Assembly (NCBI GenBank): GCA_024679065.1 | Contig: JAGIQG010000009.1 | Coordinates: forward strand, 91,202,001-91,266,000 | Direction of reading: 5' to 3' | Length of the DNA stretch: 64,000 bases | DNA from: Sphyrna mokarran | Taxonomy: Eukaryota | Part shown: piece by piece, positions 50,601 to 62,965 of the stretch | How the letters are laid out: every line of letters starts with the position of its first letter | How positions within the stretch are numbered: the first letter of the stretch is position 1 | Translations under genes and position numbers: made by a program | Notes under the pieces: generated by a model | Database searches by the model: none | What the model was told of the DNA's origin: nothing | Seen by the model: only the letters and a program-made list of their open reading frames with translations

Positions 50601-52849
50601 TTCTGTAATAGCCTCCAATCCAACAACAGTCCATCTTCAAACTGTCTGGCCTGATGCAAATATTTTGTGTATCTCCTTCTCCTATCACATACCATCTGGA
50701 GCTTTACTTTAGATCTTCATTTCTTCTCCTCCTCTAAGATACTTACTGAAATCATCTTCTTTTGACCAAGCTAATGGGCATCCTTCCAAATATTTATTCT
50801 TTTTAATTTGACAACAGTTTATTTCTGTGAATCATCTTTGGTCATTTTTCTTCATTAATGGTGTTATGTACATGCAAGTTGTTGTGCCTGGTCTCCAACT
50901 TGACAATCTCCTTTGACCACTATTGATGACACCCATACAACTTTTACAATAGGTGTGTAATTTTGCAGTGGGATGGCATCTCATGAGGTCTGAGACCTTA
51001 TTGCTTGTGTGCTGCCAGCTGAATGCTGCAACCCTTGCTAATTGCTCCTTTCATGGGCAGGGCCCGAAAGCCCAGTAACCAGACACTGCAGGAGAGTGAG
51101 TGATGATGGCTTGCAATGAGGACAGTGCAATACCCTGCGTATCTCCTGCAATGATACGACTTCCACCTGACAGAAACCTGAGCACGGGTTCACTGAACAG
51201 GGTGATCTGCGCATGATTACATCAAACTGGATGAGTAATTTACCATGTAATTTTATATTATCTATCATGTGCCTGCTGGTGGTACAGCTGAAGGACTCAA
51301 CATTAAGCTGCAATGTGAAGGGCTACTGATCCCACTGATTTATTTAGAGCCTGAACCATATCAAATTATTTAATATCCATTCTAGCATTTTTTTACATTT
51401 GTTCTGCTTCTGGCTTATCACAAATTTGATAAATATTTTTAAAATTAATTTTTCGTAGTTTTGAAGTATGTCTGAGTCTCTTGAGGAATGAATGTGCCTT
51501 GGAATCTTTTAGCATTTAAAGAATTTCTACATGCATAGAAAAGGTCAGTCAATACTGCATAGGGCTATCAGATATTTTCTAAAGCACGGTTATCTATTGA
51601 AGGTGTTATGTGCCTTGTTTAGCTTGCTGTGCTTGGCAAGCCAGTGCATTATGGAATTACAGAATCCAGGTTGTTTGTTAGTATAGTTGCTGAAGTAAAA
51701 TAAAAGGCAATAAGAGTGTTTAATTGTCTTCGTGTGTAATGATTAATCTAACAGTATTAAAATGTAACAAATTAGCAATGAGGATGACAGACCTTTGTGG
51801 TAATGCCACGCTTTAAGTAATACGAAAGTAAGGAAATTTTTCAGTTCTAACTGTAAACAATATGTTGGGATTTTATGGCCTTCCTTGTCTGGAAACCATA
51901 AAATCCCACCAAAGTCAACAGACCTTCCCATCCTCTGCCCCTTGCCTGCTCTGATTCCCATGGAGAATGAGGCAGTAAAATTCCAGCCAACACTGAATTT
52001 GAACTGCACTGCAGAAAAATACCATTAGTAGTAGGATAGTTCTGCAAAAAAAAATTGCAGAACTAAAGCAAAAAATAAGAACTTGTAGAATTTGGTGGCA
52101 GGATTCTCTGCACTGATTTAATTGTTTCAAATAAAAAAAAGTTCTCAAACTTTAAAAAAAGTAACCAGGGTCACAAAGATTCCAACAGGATGCAGGAGGA
52201 TCGGGATCATAAAGCTGACAGACTGACAACTAATCCGAAGTTCCGAATAAGCAGGAAGCTTCAGGGTTCACAGAAGAAACTGAGATTGCTGCAAGTTTTA
52301 AAAAGGAAAATGTTCAATAAAAGCAAAACAGCCACATTTCTACCAAAACCCAAAAAGTGCAGGAAATGTGCAGCAGCAGAAAGTTGATAGCTACAGTGGC
52401 AGCTTGAACTTAAAAAAAAAATTGGTTACTATCTTAAAGTCCAGAAAGTTAGGAATTCTCATGTCTGGGATGCACTTGCATTATCAGTACAAATAGTACC
52501 CTATTCATAAGATAGCATTGGGAGCCATAGTGTTCCTAGTATTTGCTGGTAAAAATATACACATTCTGTGGACTCATTAGGTGGGATTTTACAACCTCGT
52601 CATGCCAGTTTTATGGCAGAAGAGTGTCTTAAACTTGAACATAGAGTGGCTCATGGGAATGATGCACATTTTCAGACTTATTCCCATCTAACCATGGAAA
52701 AAAATTGGTGTGATTGGGAGCCAAAATGGGCGAGATGTCAATTTATGTGTTTTTGCATACACCGCAACGTCAGTATCAGCTTTGCTCCCAATCGTTGCAG
52801 CTCACCTGCCTTTACAACTTTGTTTGCTGCAGCGGGATGGTCTGGAAAG

Positions 52850-53770
52850 CGCCCTCATCTATGAAAGCTCCAGCTCCGAAAAGAGACAGTGCGAAACTTG
52901 TATCATTTGTTGCAGAACCTGGCACCTTGGGGCACAGTGGTGCACTCACTCCTGTGGCTGTGAAAGTGATGGTCACCTTAAATTCTTATGATATTTGATC
53001 CTTCCAGATCGTCAGTGGAGACCTTTGTGGCATTTTCCAATCATCCATCCATAAGTGAGTTAAGGAGGTCATGGATGTCCCGTATGCCCAGGCTGGACCT
53101 GGACCAAACCCAGCAGGAAGCACAGGCTGCAGGAGTTGCAGCCATCGTGAATGTGCCGAATATGCAGGGGGCTATAAACTGCACCCACATTGGCCTCAAG
53201 GCCCGGACAAGAATCCAGGAAAATTCATGAATAGAAAGAGCTTCCATTCAATAAATGTGCAGTTGATATATGACCATTAGCTGAATGTAATGCACATCTG
53301 CGCCAGACACTGCAGCAGCACGCATGATAGTTTTATCTTAAGAGGTTCCGATGGCCAGGATGTCTTTGAGGAGGAGCCCAGAATACAGGGATGGCTTGTA
53401 GAGGACATTGGACTACTTGCTTCTGACTTGCCTTTGCGGAGGCCTGAGACTGTGGAGGAGGCCCAATATGATGAGGCCCACGTTGCCACCTGTAAAATAA
53501 TGAAGTGGTGCATAGGGCTCCTCAAAATGCGGTTCAAATGCCTGGACTACTCTGGTGGGACCTCCCTGATTTTGTTCCTCATTGTGCTGATGTGCTGTTC
53601 CCTACACAACCTGGGCGCACCAGTGAGGAGATGTTTTGGAGGAGGAGGACTGGGAGGCCACTGGGGAGGAAGTCACCCAACAGAAGGAAGAGAGGGAGAA
53701 GACGGTGAAGAGCGACAGCACTCAGGTGCTGGACGGCTGGTGGTAGCAAGGCTCATGCGAGGACAGTGAG
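52850..53770 (+). pseudogene. Harbinger (HARBI1-like) DDE transposase, inactivated
   Basis: PNMQGAINCTHIGLKA (cf. GAIDCTH), FMNRKSFHSINVQLI, STHDSFIL, GWLVEDIG (cf. GDxGY), YDEAHVAT and IGLLKMRFKCLD, with stops and frameshifts. Confidence 0.88.
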
Positions 53771-54699
53771 GGAAGTTTTAGGCATTAGGGGCCTTTGTTG
53801 CTACATGTGGGTTTCATTCCCCCTGCCCCACCAACCACCAACTTGCGCTCCTACAATCTCCTACAACATGTGTAATACCAGAATGGTGAGTCTGTGTACT
53901 GTGTCAGTGAGGTTCTGTGGCAGGCAGGAGGGTGATGGTGACTTGCTATGCACCATTTTGATGATAGTCTGGTGCAAACTAGTTTGACTCCTACCTGAAT
54001 TCTGCATGCATGCTAACACTAGACCCATGCCTGTACTGAGTGAGGGATAACTAAACTCTCATGCAGGGTCCTGAGGTGGGTGGGGTCGGGCACAGGAAGA
54101 GAATCTTCCGTATGTTCTGAAATGCCATGGGAAATGCTGGAAGTCACTGCCAATGCATGCTACTCATTTTAGCCAGTGATTTATTTGAGCACCTTCATTT
54201 TCTCAATGACAGGTTGTTGAGGGACCTCCCCTACAAACTTCAACATGAAGATCTCTCCAGCGATTATCGGGGTAAGTACATTCCTGTTAGAGGCTAGTCA
54301 CATGTGGGTGAAGTAATATTTATTGGTGCCAATAAAAATGTCTTAAAGATAAGTGATACCATGTGAACATCGGACTTTATAGTGCCTAAATATTTTATTT
54401 AACTAGTGCTGCCCTTCACCCATGCTATTTTAGTGCTGTCACAACTTCTTAACTTTACATGGCTTACCATCATGTCTCGGTGTCTCCACAGGATGTACAT
54501 TGGTGGTGGAAGTGGCCAGCTGCCTGTAACACTCTGTGGCCTGTGATGCCCTTGGCGATCGTCCTCTGGAGGACCTGGCTGGCTTCCAGGTATCTATCCT
54601 GCTGCTCCTGAAATGCCCTGGTATCAGGAAGGGGGCAATCACAGCCACAATCTCTTGGGTGGAAGGGCCAGCATAGGTTTGAGCCCTTCCTCCTGCCAT

Positions 54700-56265
54700 G
54701 AGGTTTGTTTGGGCCCCTGGGTTACTCCATAGTTGGCAGTGCTTCTACAATGTGCTGCAGAAGCTCCGTCGTCACCAGGCCCTGTCAGTTCTGGAAGACC
54801 ACCTACTTTGTTGGAATGGTGGCCGAGCCCTCTGCAATGGCATTCTGAGTTGGCAGCCGCCTGTCAATGACAGCAGAAAGCATCCTCTGAGACTGAGCCA
54901 AGCTCTGCAGCCCCTGAGCTATGACCTTCTGTGACAGGGCCATGTTCTCAAAGACTGCTTGCAGTGTTGGCCTGGAACCACACAAGACAGGCAATAGTTG
55001 GTTTACCTGAAAGCTTTGGGGCTCCTCCCAAAGGCTTTGAAGTCGATCCATTGTAGCCATCAGTCACTCCTGCATTCCTTGGCTCTGTTGCTGCATTCCC
55101 TGCAGCTGAGGGAGAAGTGATCTTAGAGGCCCAACATATAGCCTGGGACCAACTGAGTCCTTGCCACTGGCAGGCTTTTGCGTGCCAGAGGTCTCAGACA
55201 TTCCTTCCTCCACCTGATGTACATCAGCAGATGTGTTGTGTGTACCAATGAGTGACCCAGATGTTTCAACACTATCTTGATCCATTGATATCAGGGTCTC
55301 TTGAATGGTGAACTGTGAGGTGGAAGCTGATGTAAATCTGGTGCTGGCCTCAGAAGTCCCTTTATTGGATTCATCTGAGGTGTCTTCCAAGTTATCAGGT
55401 CTCAAATGGGTGCGAGCAGCAATGGGGACTGCAATGGGTCGCTTCCTGCAACACAGGACAAAAGGTTAAGTGCAAGAGAGGAAGAACGTAAAGTGGAGGA
55501 TTGGCAGATGTTCTCTTCTATGCTCCAGCCAATCATGCTGTCACTGATGGTTTGCATCTGTTCCTGTTCATCAAATGGGCTGAGAACCTGGATTTCAGAC
55601 TCACCACCCTCTCCCGGAGTTTACGGCCATTCTTCTCTTGGAGATGCTGATATTGGCCTGGGATTGGCACAATAAAAAGTCTCATAACACCAGGTTAAAG
55701 TCCAACAGGATTATTTTGGTAGCCTCACTGGCTGATGAAGGAGAAGTGTTCCAAAAATTCGTGCTACCACATAAATCTGTTGGACTTTTCCTGTGAGGAC
55801 AGAAGGAGACATGTAAAATCTGATGGCATGAGTCTTATAGGGTATCAGGGGATGGCCCTCAGAGGATAAGTGTTGTGATACTCTTGGATGGAGGGGAGAG
55901 TGGTGCCGAGAGATAGAGGCTGGAAGCATGCAGTGTGCTGGGGTTGGAGAATCTGGGAGTCATTTAGTGGAAAGATGCCACATGAGGTTAAACATTCACT
56001 CTTGAATGCCCAGATTAGGTAAGTCAGTTTTTTGCGGCACTCCTTCCTGGTTCTCCTGGCCAGTGCCCTGGCGCTAAAACATGCTGCCACTGCCTACCAA
56101 GCTGCATTTCCATCGCTTCCTCTGGAGTGGCATCCTGCTGGGGGAAGAGGAGTCCCGCCTCACCTCCACTGCCTCCAGCAACCTGGTCAGATCAGATCCT
56201 GAAAATCACATAGCTGTCTTCCCGGAGAATAATCTTCCTCCACTGCCTGCCTCTCTGTCCATGAA
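54700..56265 (-). pseudogene. Harbinger partner Myb/SANT-like DNA-binding protein, degraded
   Basis: Minus strand ~56260-56000 reads FSGSDLTRLLEAVEVRR...SARALARRTRKECRKKLTYL (trihelix/Myb-SANT pattern). Downstream are S/T-rich and coiled-coil-like ORFs (55064-55405, 54803-55060). Confidence 0.65.
55670..55800. mobile_element. PLE-derived short inverted fragment inside the Harbinger
   Basis: ACACCAGGTTAAAGTCCAACAG and CTGTTGGACTT form an inverted pair around CTGATGAAGGAG..TTCC. Confidence 0.65.
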
Positions 56266-58763
56266 GCTGCTCCTTGTTCAGGCAGATCAGCTGCAGACAA
56301 TTTGAGTGGGTTACCACCCGTTACAGTATTTCAGCAAGTTTAATGAAGTTTGCCTTGAACACATGAAGGGGAAGCCAAGTCAGCACTTGCAGGTGTGCTA
56401 ATCCCGGGGGAAGCTGGGGGTGGGGGGAGGCGCAGGGGAGGGTGGAATTTGTTGATGGGGGGAATTTGTGCCTCTATGGTGAGGCAGCGAAGAGAAAGGG
56501 TCATGTCACTCAGTAATCAGAGCCGGGGTAGTGATGAAGGAACAATATGCAAGGGGGTCCAATGGGGAAGGATGGGGGTGTAATGGGGTCAGTAATATTC
56601 GGGGGGGGGTGGTGACCTCCAATGTCCATGATGGAGAGGGGGAGACTATATCTTGGCCAGAGATTGGGGTTCTGCCAGGAGATCTGCTTTATTTTTTGCT
56701 TTTTATGTGCATGCGCAATTTGTAGCTCCAATCTGAGCTGCAGGCTGACTGGTGAATTAAACCCCATCCACTGCATCTTTTGGCCAGAAATGGTCCAGCC
56801 CAAATTTTCAGAGATAGAGTGCATAAGATTGGAAGAGAAAACACGCCCAAAAGATGGATCAGGAACTCTTGTATTTTTCATGCTCATCAAAAAAAATCAC
56901 GCAGTCGGCCTTGTCCACATAACCCCATGAATACGATATTTCATATTGAATTATAGAAAATGCTTAATGATTTATATGTTAATAGGACTGTCAACAACCT
57001 CAAATATAAAACAAAAACAATATTGACATTTTGGACAGAGAGAGAGTGCATGGCTCTCGCATTCAATGATGTGAACAATCAGTATCCAGCCTTTGATTTA
57101 CGTGCATATCACTTCAGTCGTGCCAGTAGAAAAACACCATGCAGACAGAAATCAGCAGATTGTGGAAATCTTGTGCATGAGTAACAGTCTGCAAAATTCT
57201 CACGGGCTGCACTGAGAAGCCGGGGGGATTGCATGTGGGCCTGGAGTCTCAGATTGCCCACCACTGATCTACATCCTGCATAAGTCCTGTGATCCTGGAA
57301 CTCCAGTTGATGTTTTTCTTGCATCTGCCACTGCCTTCCCTATGGCGCTGCTGAGCACAAGAGCTGCTGGCCTCTGATTGGCTTCAGTTAGCCTATTTCT
57401 CTTCCACTGGTGCCTCAATTCCAAGGCCAGGCCTGCCAGTGGACTTGGATTGTACTTCAGCAGCCTTCACAACAAGAGGCACCTGGGATCTCTAACTGAC
57501 CCCAGCTGGTTAACAAGACCCCTCTCACTCTGGCACTTCTTGATTAATTCATTCAGTGTTTCAGAACTGCCGTGAACCTGAACTCCTTCTCTTCACAGAT
57601 GCTGCCTTGGCTGTCGAACATTGCCTGTATTTTCAGTTTTAATTTCAGATTTTGTGTTACAGAAAGTCAGCATGCAACAAGCAGTTAGAAAGGTAATTAC
57701 TGTCTTGCTTTTTATTGGTTTAGAAAAATAAAGAAATATTTCAACAATGGTGCAGTACTTCAGAGAGACCAGACCCAGAGTGCTGCCTGCAGTGCTGGGT
57801 TCCACGTGCAGAGTTTAACATCAGTGGGAATTTTCTCTCCCACCAAAGCCAATGGACCTTAGAAAAGCTGGCTTAAAGCCCCTCCTCTCAAGGAGATAAA
57901 ATTCCAGCTCACATTTCCAAATTCTTCTAAAATCAAAAAGCAAATTCTTGCTACAATATACCCTTCAGGGAAGGAAATCTGTCATCCTTACAGAGTCTGG
58001 CCTACGTGTAACTCCAGAACAACAGTAATGTGCTTGACTCTGAACTGACCCTTTGAAATGGTCTAGCAAATCACTTAGTTCGAGGGTGAATAAGGATGGG
58101 CAATAAATGGCCAAATGAGTGATGCTCACATCCCATGAAAGAATGAAGCAAAAAATGATCTATATTTTCTGGGGTTTGGAAGAATGGGAAGAAATGTTCT
58201 GACAGGGTGGACACTGAGAGATTCTTCCTGGTAGCTTGGGAAGCTACAACACAAAGACACAGTCAAAGATCATAACGAAGTGAGAAGGCACTGAATCTAT
58301 GCAACTTGCTACCGAAGAAGGTTGTGAATGTTCAATGATTGAATATGTTTATGTCTGGAATTGATACATTCCTCATCCCTCTGGGAATCGAGGGATATCC
58401 ATGGAAGAGGACAGAGAATTAGAGCTCAGCCATGATCATATTGAATTGTGCAGTATGTTTGAGGATTTGTATGGTCCATCTCATTTGTTTTCTATTTTTA
58501 GGACTCATTTCTATTTCTTAACAATATAGTTTCCAGCCAGTTGTTGCCTATTTAATCTGAGTTTCAGTTTTACCAACAAACTGGTCACATGGTGCATTCT
58601 TCTCTTTAATGACCAAAGGAATAAGATCTGTTGCTGCTTATTTTATTCCAGGGGTTTCAGTTTTGCTGAAAATTCTATCACAAAATAATTTCTCCACTTT
58701 ATTGTTTAACAAAACAATGTTTCTAATCTTTATAGAAATTGATCATCATTTGCTCTCTGACGA

Positions 58764-59029
58764 GAATTCACATTTTCCAATCAATGCAGATTGTGGAGGT
58801 CACTGAAGGTGGCTCCATTAAGAGATCAATGAGTTTTGGATTTGATGGAAATGTGTTAGAGCCAGACGGAATGAGATGGGTTATGTCCAATCATTTTGCA
58901 ATGAAAACTAAGGAGAATGGAATTTGGATCAATCCTGGAACAAGTTTTGGAAATGGAGTTTAGAGGAAGTAGGTGTCCAGAATTTAAAAACATATTTCAA
59001 AGCTGGAAGGGGATATTTTGAACGGAAGG
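58764..59029 (+). pseudogene. MHC class I-like alpha2 exon (copy 1), frameshifted, acceptor mutated
   Basis: Reads IHIFQSMQIVEVTEGGSIKRSMSFGFDG---LEPDGMRWV...KTKE/WNLDQSWNKFWKWSLEEVGVQNLKTYFKAGRGYFERK with a phase-1 GT donor at 59030. There is a 1-nt frameshift near 58915, and the acceptor is TGACGAG versus TGACAGG in copy 2. Confidence 0.85.
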
Positions 59030-59146
59030 GTATTGATTTCAGTTTTGAGCCCATGTTCTGCTCTAACTTCACTGATTTATCAAACTGTTCTCCCATTCTA
59101 TTCAGTGTGGGTTTATTGTTTGTGTTTTCACCCTTTCCCATTACAG

Positions 59147-59268
59147 TTCAGCCTGAAGTCTTCATCTCCAGAAGTGAGCTCAATAGTCAGTACAAGCCCC
59201 TCACTCTCTCCTGCCTGGTTACTGGCTTTTATCCTGTAGACATCGAGGTGAACTGGCTAAGGAAAGAA
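59147..59268 (+). pseudogene. MHC class I-like alpha3 (C1-set Ig) exon, 3'-truncated
   Basis: TTACAG acceptor, then VQPEVFISRSELNSQYKPLTLSCLVTGFYPVDIEVNWLRKE (C...GFYP.DI.V.W signature). The sequence then switches to a CR1 tail remnant (~59290-59520). Confidence 0.9.
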
Positions 59269-59769
59269 GTAATATTTGAAATAATAAAAGGCTTGTGAAT
59301 CTTAGTAATTCTGTTTACCTCAGAGTATTGTGGACATTTTACCACTGAATATCTTTAAGGTGAGAATTGACAAATTTTTGGTTACTTGGACAATCAAGTG
59401 ATATGACGTACTGCTGAGAAAATGGAGTTGAAGCAAAAGATTAGCTAAAATTATATTGAATGTTAGAGCAGGATTGTGGAACTGTATGACAAATTCCTGC
59501 TGCTGTTCTCATGTCTGTTTATTCTTTAGTCTTTTTATCCCTTAACCAAATTAATATATATTCTGTTGTTGTCTACTTTACCCTGGGTATTTCAATTTTG
59601 CTGACAAATCCATCACAAGATATTTTCTGTCCATATTAAACAAGACAATAACAATTGAAATTCTTTAGTTCTCTTGCATCATTAATTTCATGTCCTCTTT
59701 TTCCTCTGATTGGAATGTGTGTGATTTTCATTAACAATGGATTACTGATTCCTTTTTGGTTTCTGACAG

Positions 59770-59900
59770 GAATTCACATTCTTCAACTGATTTGGTTTGT
59801 CAGTGTCACTGAAGACGGCTCCATGAAGAGATGGATATGGTTTGAATTTGATGGAAAGAATTATATTAGTTTAGAGCCAGATAGAAAGAGATGGGTCACA
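59770..59900 (+). pseudogene. MHC class I-like alpha2 exon (copy 2), 3'-truncated
   Basis: Intact acceptor TTTCTGACAG (AG 59768-59769), then GIHILQLIWFVSVTEDGSMKRWIWFEFDGKNYISLEPDRKRWVT. Similarity to copy 1 is lost after ~59900. Confidence 0.85.
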
Positions 59901-60672
59901 CAGCAATTGATAAACTTCACACCAACTGTTCTGGGGAGACATTGGTCATGGACACTTAGAAGACCTTATCTATCAAAGGCCCTTTGTTCTAGTCTTTAAT
60001 AACACAAAGATTAAATCAGGATGGGAGAACCTTGTAGACAGGGAGATTTTTAAATAGATAACATGCATGGATAGATTTTTGTTCTGTATCAAGATTAAAA
60101 TGCAGGAGTTGTGCACACTGACCATCTGATATTAGGAAGCATAGCATGTTTATTATTTTTTATGACTACAGAAGGGCAAGTTGTTCTGATTGAATAATGT
60201 GATTCCATTCTTACCCAGCATCCACTTGCTGTCTAATAAATTTTTGTCTGGCCTTGACTTAACCAAGCGATTCTCAGACTTCCTTTGAAAAGACTGGAAA
60301 TATGTATTTGGTGGTTTACTTAAAAGCCACAATTATCCAGTTCCAATCATTGGACTTGTAACTGATGGTGGAAAATTAGTTTATATGCTTCACAAATGCT
60401 GTAATTGCCAATCTTTCTACTCTTTTTAAGCATAAATTTATAAGACAAAAGAATCCACTTTGGAAACAGTCAGGCACATTAGTGTTGTAGTCATTTGCTG
60501 CTATGTGTTATCAGCATGAATGAAAATGTATGATGTATCAGTTGAGTGACTGTTGCTGGGCTGGAGCCTTTTCTCTCACCATCTCATCACTTACCTGATA
60601 ACAATTGAATGATGCTTGTAGAGGTTTGAAAATTGAATGTCAGATTTAAAGTAAGGCAGAAATTTTTTTTTT

Positions 60673-61940
60673 AGAGCAACACAGCACGGGAAACAGGCCC
60701 TTCGGCCCGACGAGCCCGCGCCGCCGTCATAACTATATAGTAACAATTCCATTATCCTATTCCAATTTTAGGTTATTCCTAATATGGAAGAGTCTCAATG
60801 TAGGGACAATTTGTTTCCCAATCAGCCCAAGAGCGAATTTTTTGGGATGTGGGAGGAAACCGGAGCGCCCGGAGAAAACCCACGCAACCACGGGGAGAAC
60901 GCGCAAACTCCCCCAGACACCGGCCCAATTCCAAGTGTCTGCACAGCTACAGCGATAGTCACTGAGCTGTCATGGTGCCCTTCAGATGGTCCAGATAAAG
61001 CACTCATTTACGACATGAAGCACCAGGCAACCCAAGAATCAACATCCAAGAGCTGTCCTCGCACCACCTGCCGAATGCATGCTCCTTGTTGGTCAAGTAT
61101 GGACCGAATTACCTGTGGAAAAAAAAGCCATAGTTAAACAGTCCTACTATATCCCTCTATCTGCATAACGCTCATGTGGCTGTCCAAGAGACCCTTAAAC
61201 AGCCCTAGCGTGCCTTCTCCCACCACCTTACTCGGCAGTGCATTCCACACCCCCACTACCCTTTGTGTGAAAAACTGCCCTCTAATATTCATCTTATACA
61301 TAGCCCCCCTCACCCTATGGCCATGACCCCTCGTCCTATCCATTTCTAAAGGTGGCAAAAGTTTACCTCCATTTACTCTATCTATACCCCTTATAATCTT
61401 ATACACCTCTATGAGATCCCCTCTAAGCCGACGTCTTTCAAGGGAAAACAACCCCAGTCTATCTAATCGTTCCTCATAAGACAGTCCTTCCATACCAGGC
61501 AGCATCCTGGTAAACCTCCTCTGCACTGTCTCCAAGGACTCCACATCCTTCCGATAGTACGGTGACCAGAACTGGACGCAGTATTCCAAGTGAGGCCTAA
61601 CCAACGTTCTATACAACTGCAACCTCAAACTCCTACTCTTGTATTCTATACCCTTTTCTATGAAAGCTAACATACTATACGCCTTCTTTATCACCTTCTC
61701 CACCTGTGAGGACACCTTCAGAGACTTGTGAACCTGCACCCCCAAGTCTCTCTGCATCTCTATGCTCCGTATAGTTTTACCTTTTATCCTATAACTCTTC
61801 TACATTTTTCCGGCCAAAATGCATCACCTCGCATTTATCCAGATTAAATTCCATTTGCCATCTATCTGCCCAGTCTACCAACCGATCTATGTCCTGTTGT
61901 ATTGCCTGGCACTGCTCCTCTGTACCCGCCAATCCAAACA
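60673..61940 (-). mobile_element. CR1 LINE subfamily B, 5'-truncated, composite 3' UTR
   Basis: ORF 61134-61757 encodes the RT C-terminus. Near-identical to ~5890-7150. Confidence 0.95.
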
Positions 61941-62682
61941 ATCCAAGCCAAAATTGTTTCTGTAAAAATAAATGAAGTGTGTTTTTGGCATTATTTAGCA
62001 CGATTGAATGTATTTTGATCTTGTAGATCATTTAGTAAGATCCATCATGAAGCTTACCAATCTCAATCTTTTATATGCCAACTCTTTCTTTTCCTATAAA
62101 TTTGATGAAAGACATGAATGCTGAAGAATAGACTATTTCCAATTTCAGGCACCTAGTGTGAACGTAGAGCATTCTCAGTTGAAGAATAAGGTATAATGAC
62201 TTTGACATTCTCAATTAATGTTATATTAAAAGCAGAGTTCTGCTGTGGGCTTGTGTGTTAGAAACAGATCAAGATTACGAGACTCATTTCATGTGGGACT
62301 TTTCTTTTACAAAAGATAAAAATTGGAGACTCTCATCCTATTAGTTTGATTTGATAATTAGCACTCTCACTGAATGAATGCCAGGCAGTGAGCACCTCCG
62401 ACCAGAGAGAGTTAACCATCTCCCAACAAATTTAATTGCATTGTCGTCATCAAATCCCCTATCATTAGTGTCCTGAAGTGTCACTATTCACTCGAAATGA
62501 GTACCACATGAACACTGTGGCTATATATGCAGGTCAATGACTGCAATTCTGTAGTGGGTGATTCATTGCTTGACTCCCCAAAGCATTTCCACCACTTTTA
62601 AGGCACAAGTCAGGACTGTGATGGAATATTCTCCACTTATATAGATGAGTGCAGTGTCAACAAGACTCAAGAAGCTCAATAC

Positions 62683-62965
62683 TGGGGTAGCACGGTGACA
62701 CAATGGTTAGCATTGCTGCCTCACAGTGCCAGCGACTCAGATTCGATTCCTGATTTGGGTCACTGTCTGTGCTGAATCTGAATGAGTTTTCTCAGTGTAC
62801 TTTGGTTTCCTCCAGGTATTTCAGTTTCCTCCCACACCCCAAGAGACGTGTTGATTAGGTGCATTCTCAGTGTACCAGAACAGATGCCGATGTGTGGTAA
62901 CGAGGGGATTTTCGCAGTAACTTCATTGCAGTGTTAACATAAACCTGCATGTAACACTAGCAGTT
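62683..62965 (+). mobile_element. V-SINE (variant tail) inserted in an old LINE fragment
   Basis: GGGGTAGCACGGTGACACAATGGTTAGCATTGCTGCCTCACAG...GATTCGATTCC head and V domain. Confidence 0.85.

Larger units (their letters stand above)
52580..56900. mobile_element. Degraded Harbinger/PIF DNA transposon with convergent transposase (+) and Myb/SANT-like gene (-)
   Basis: The two-gene convergent layout is typical of Harbinger. The left end is GGTGGGATTTTAC (~52580); the right end is only approximate. Confidence 0.75.
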
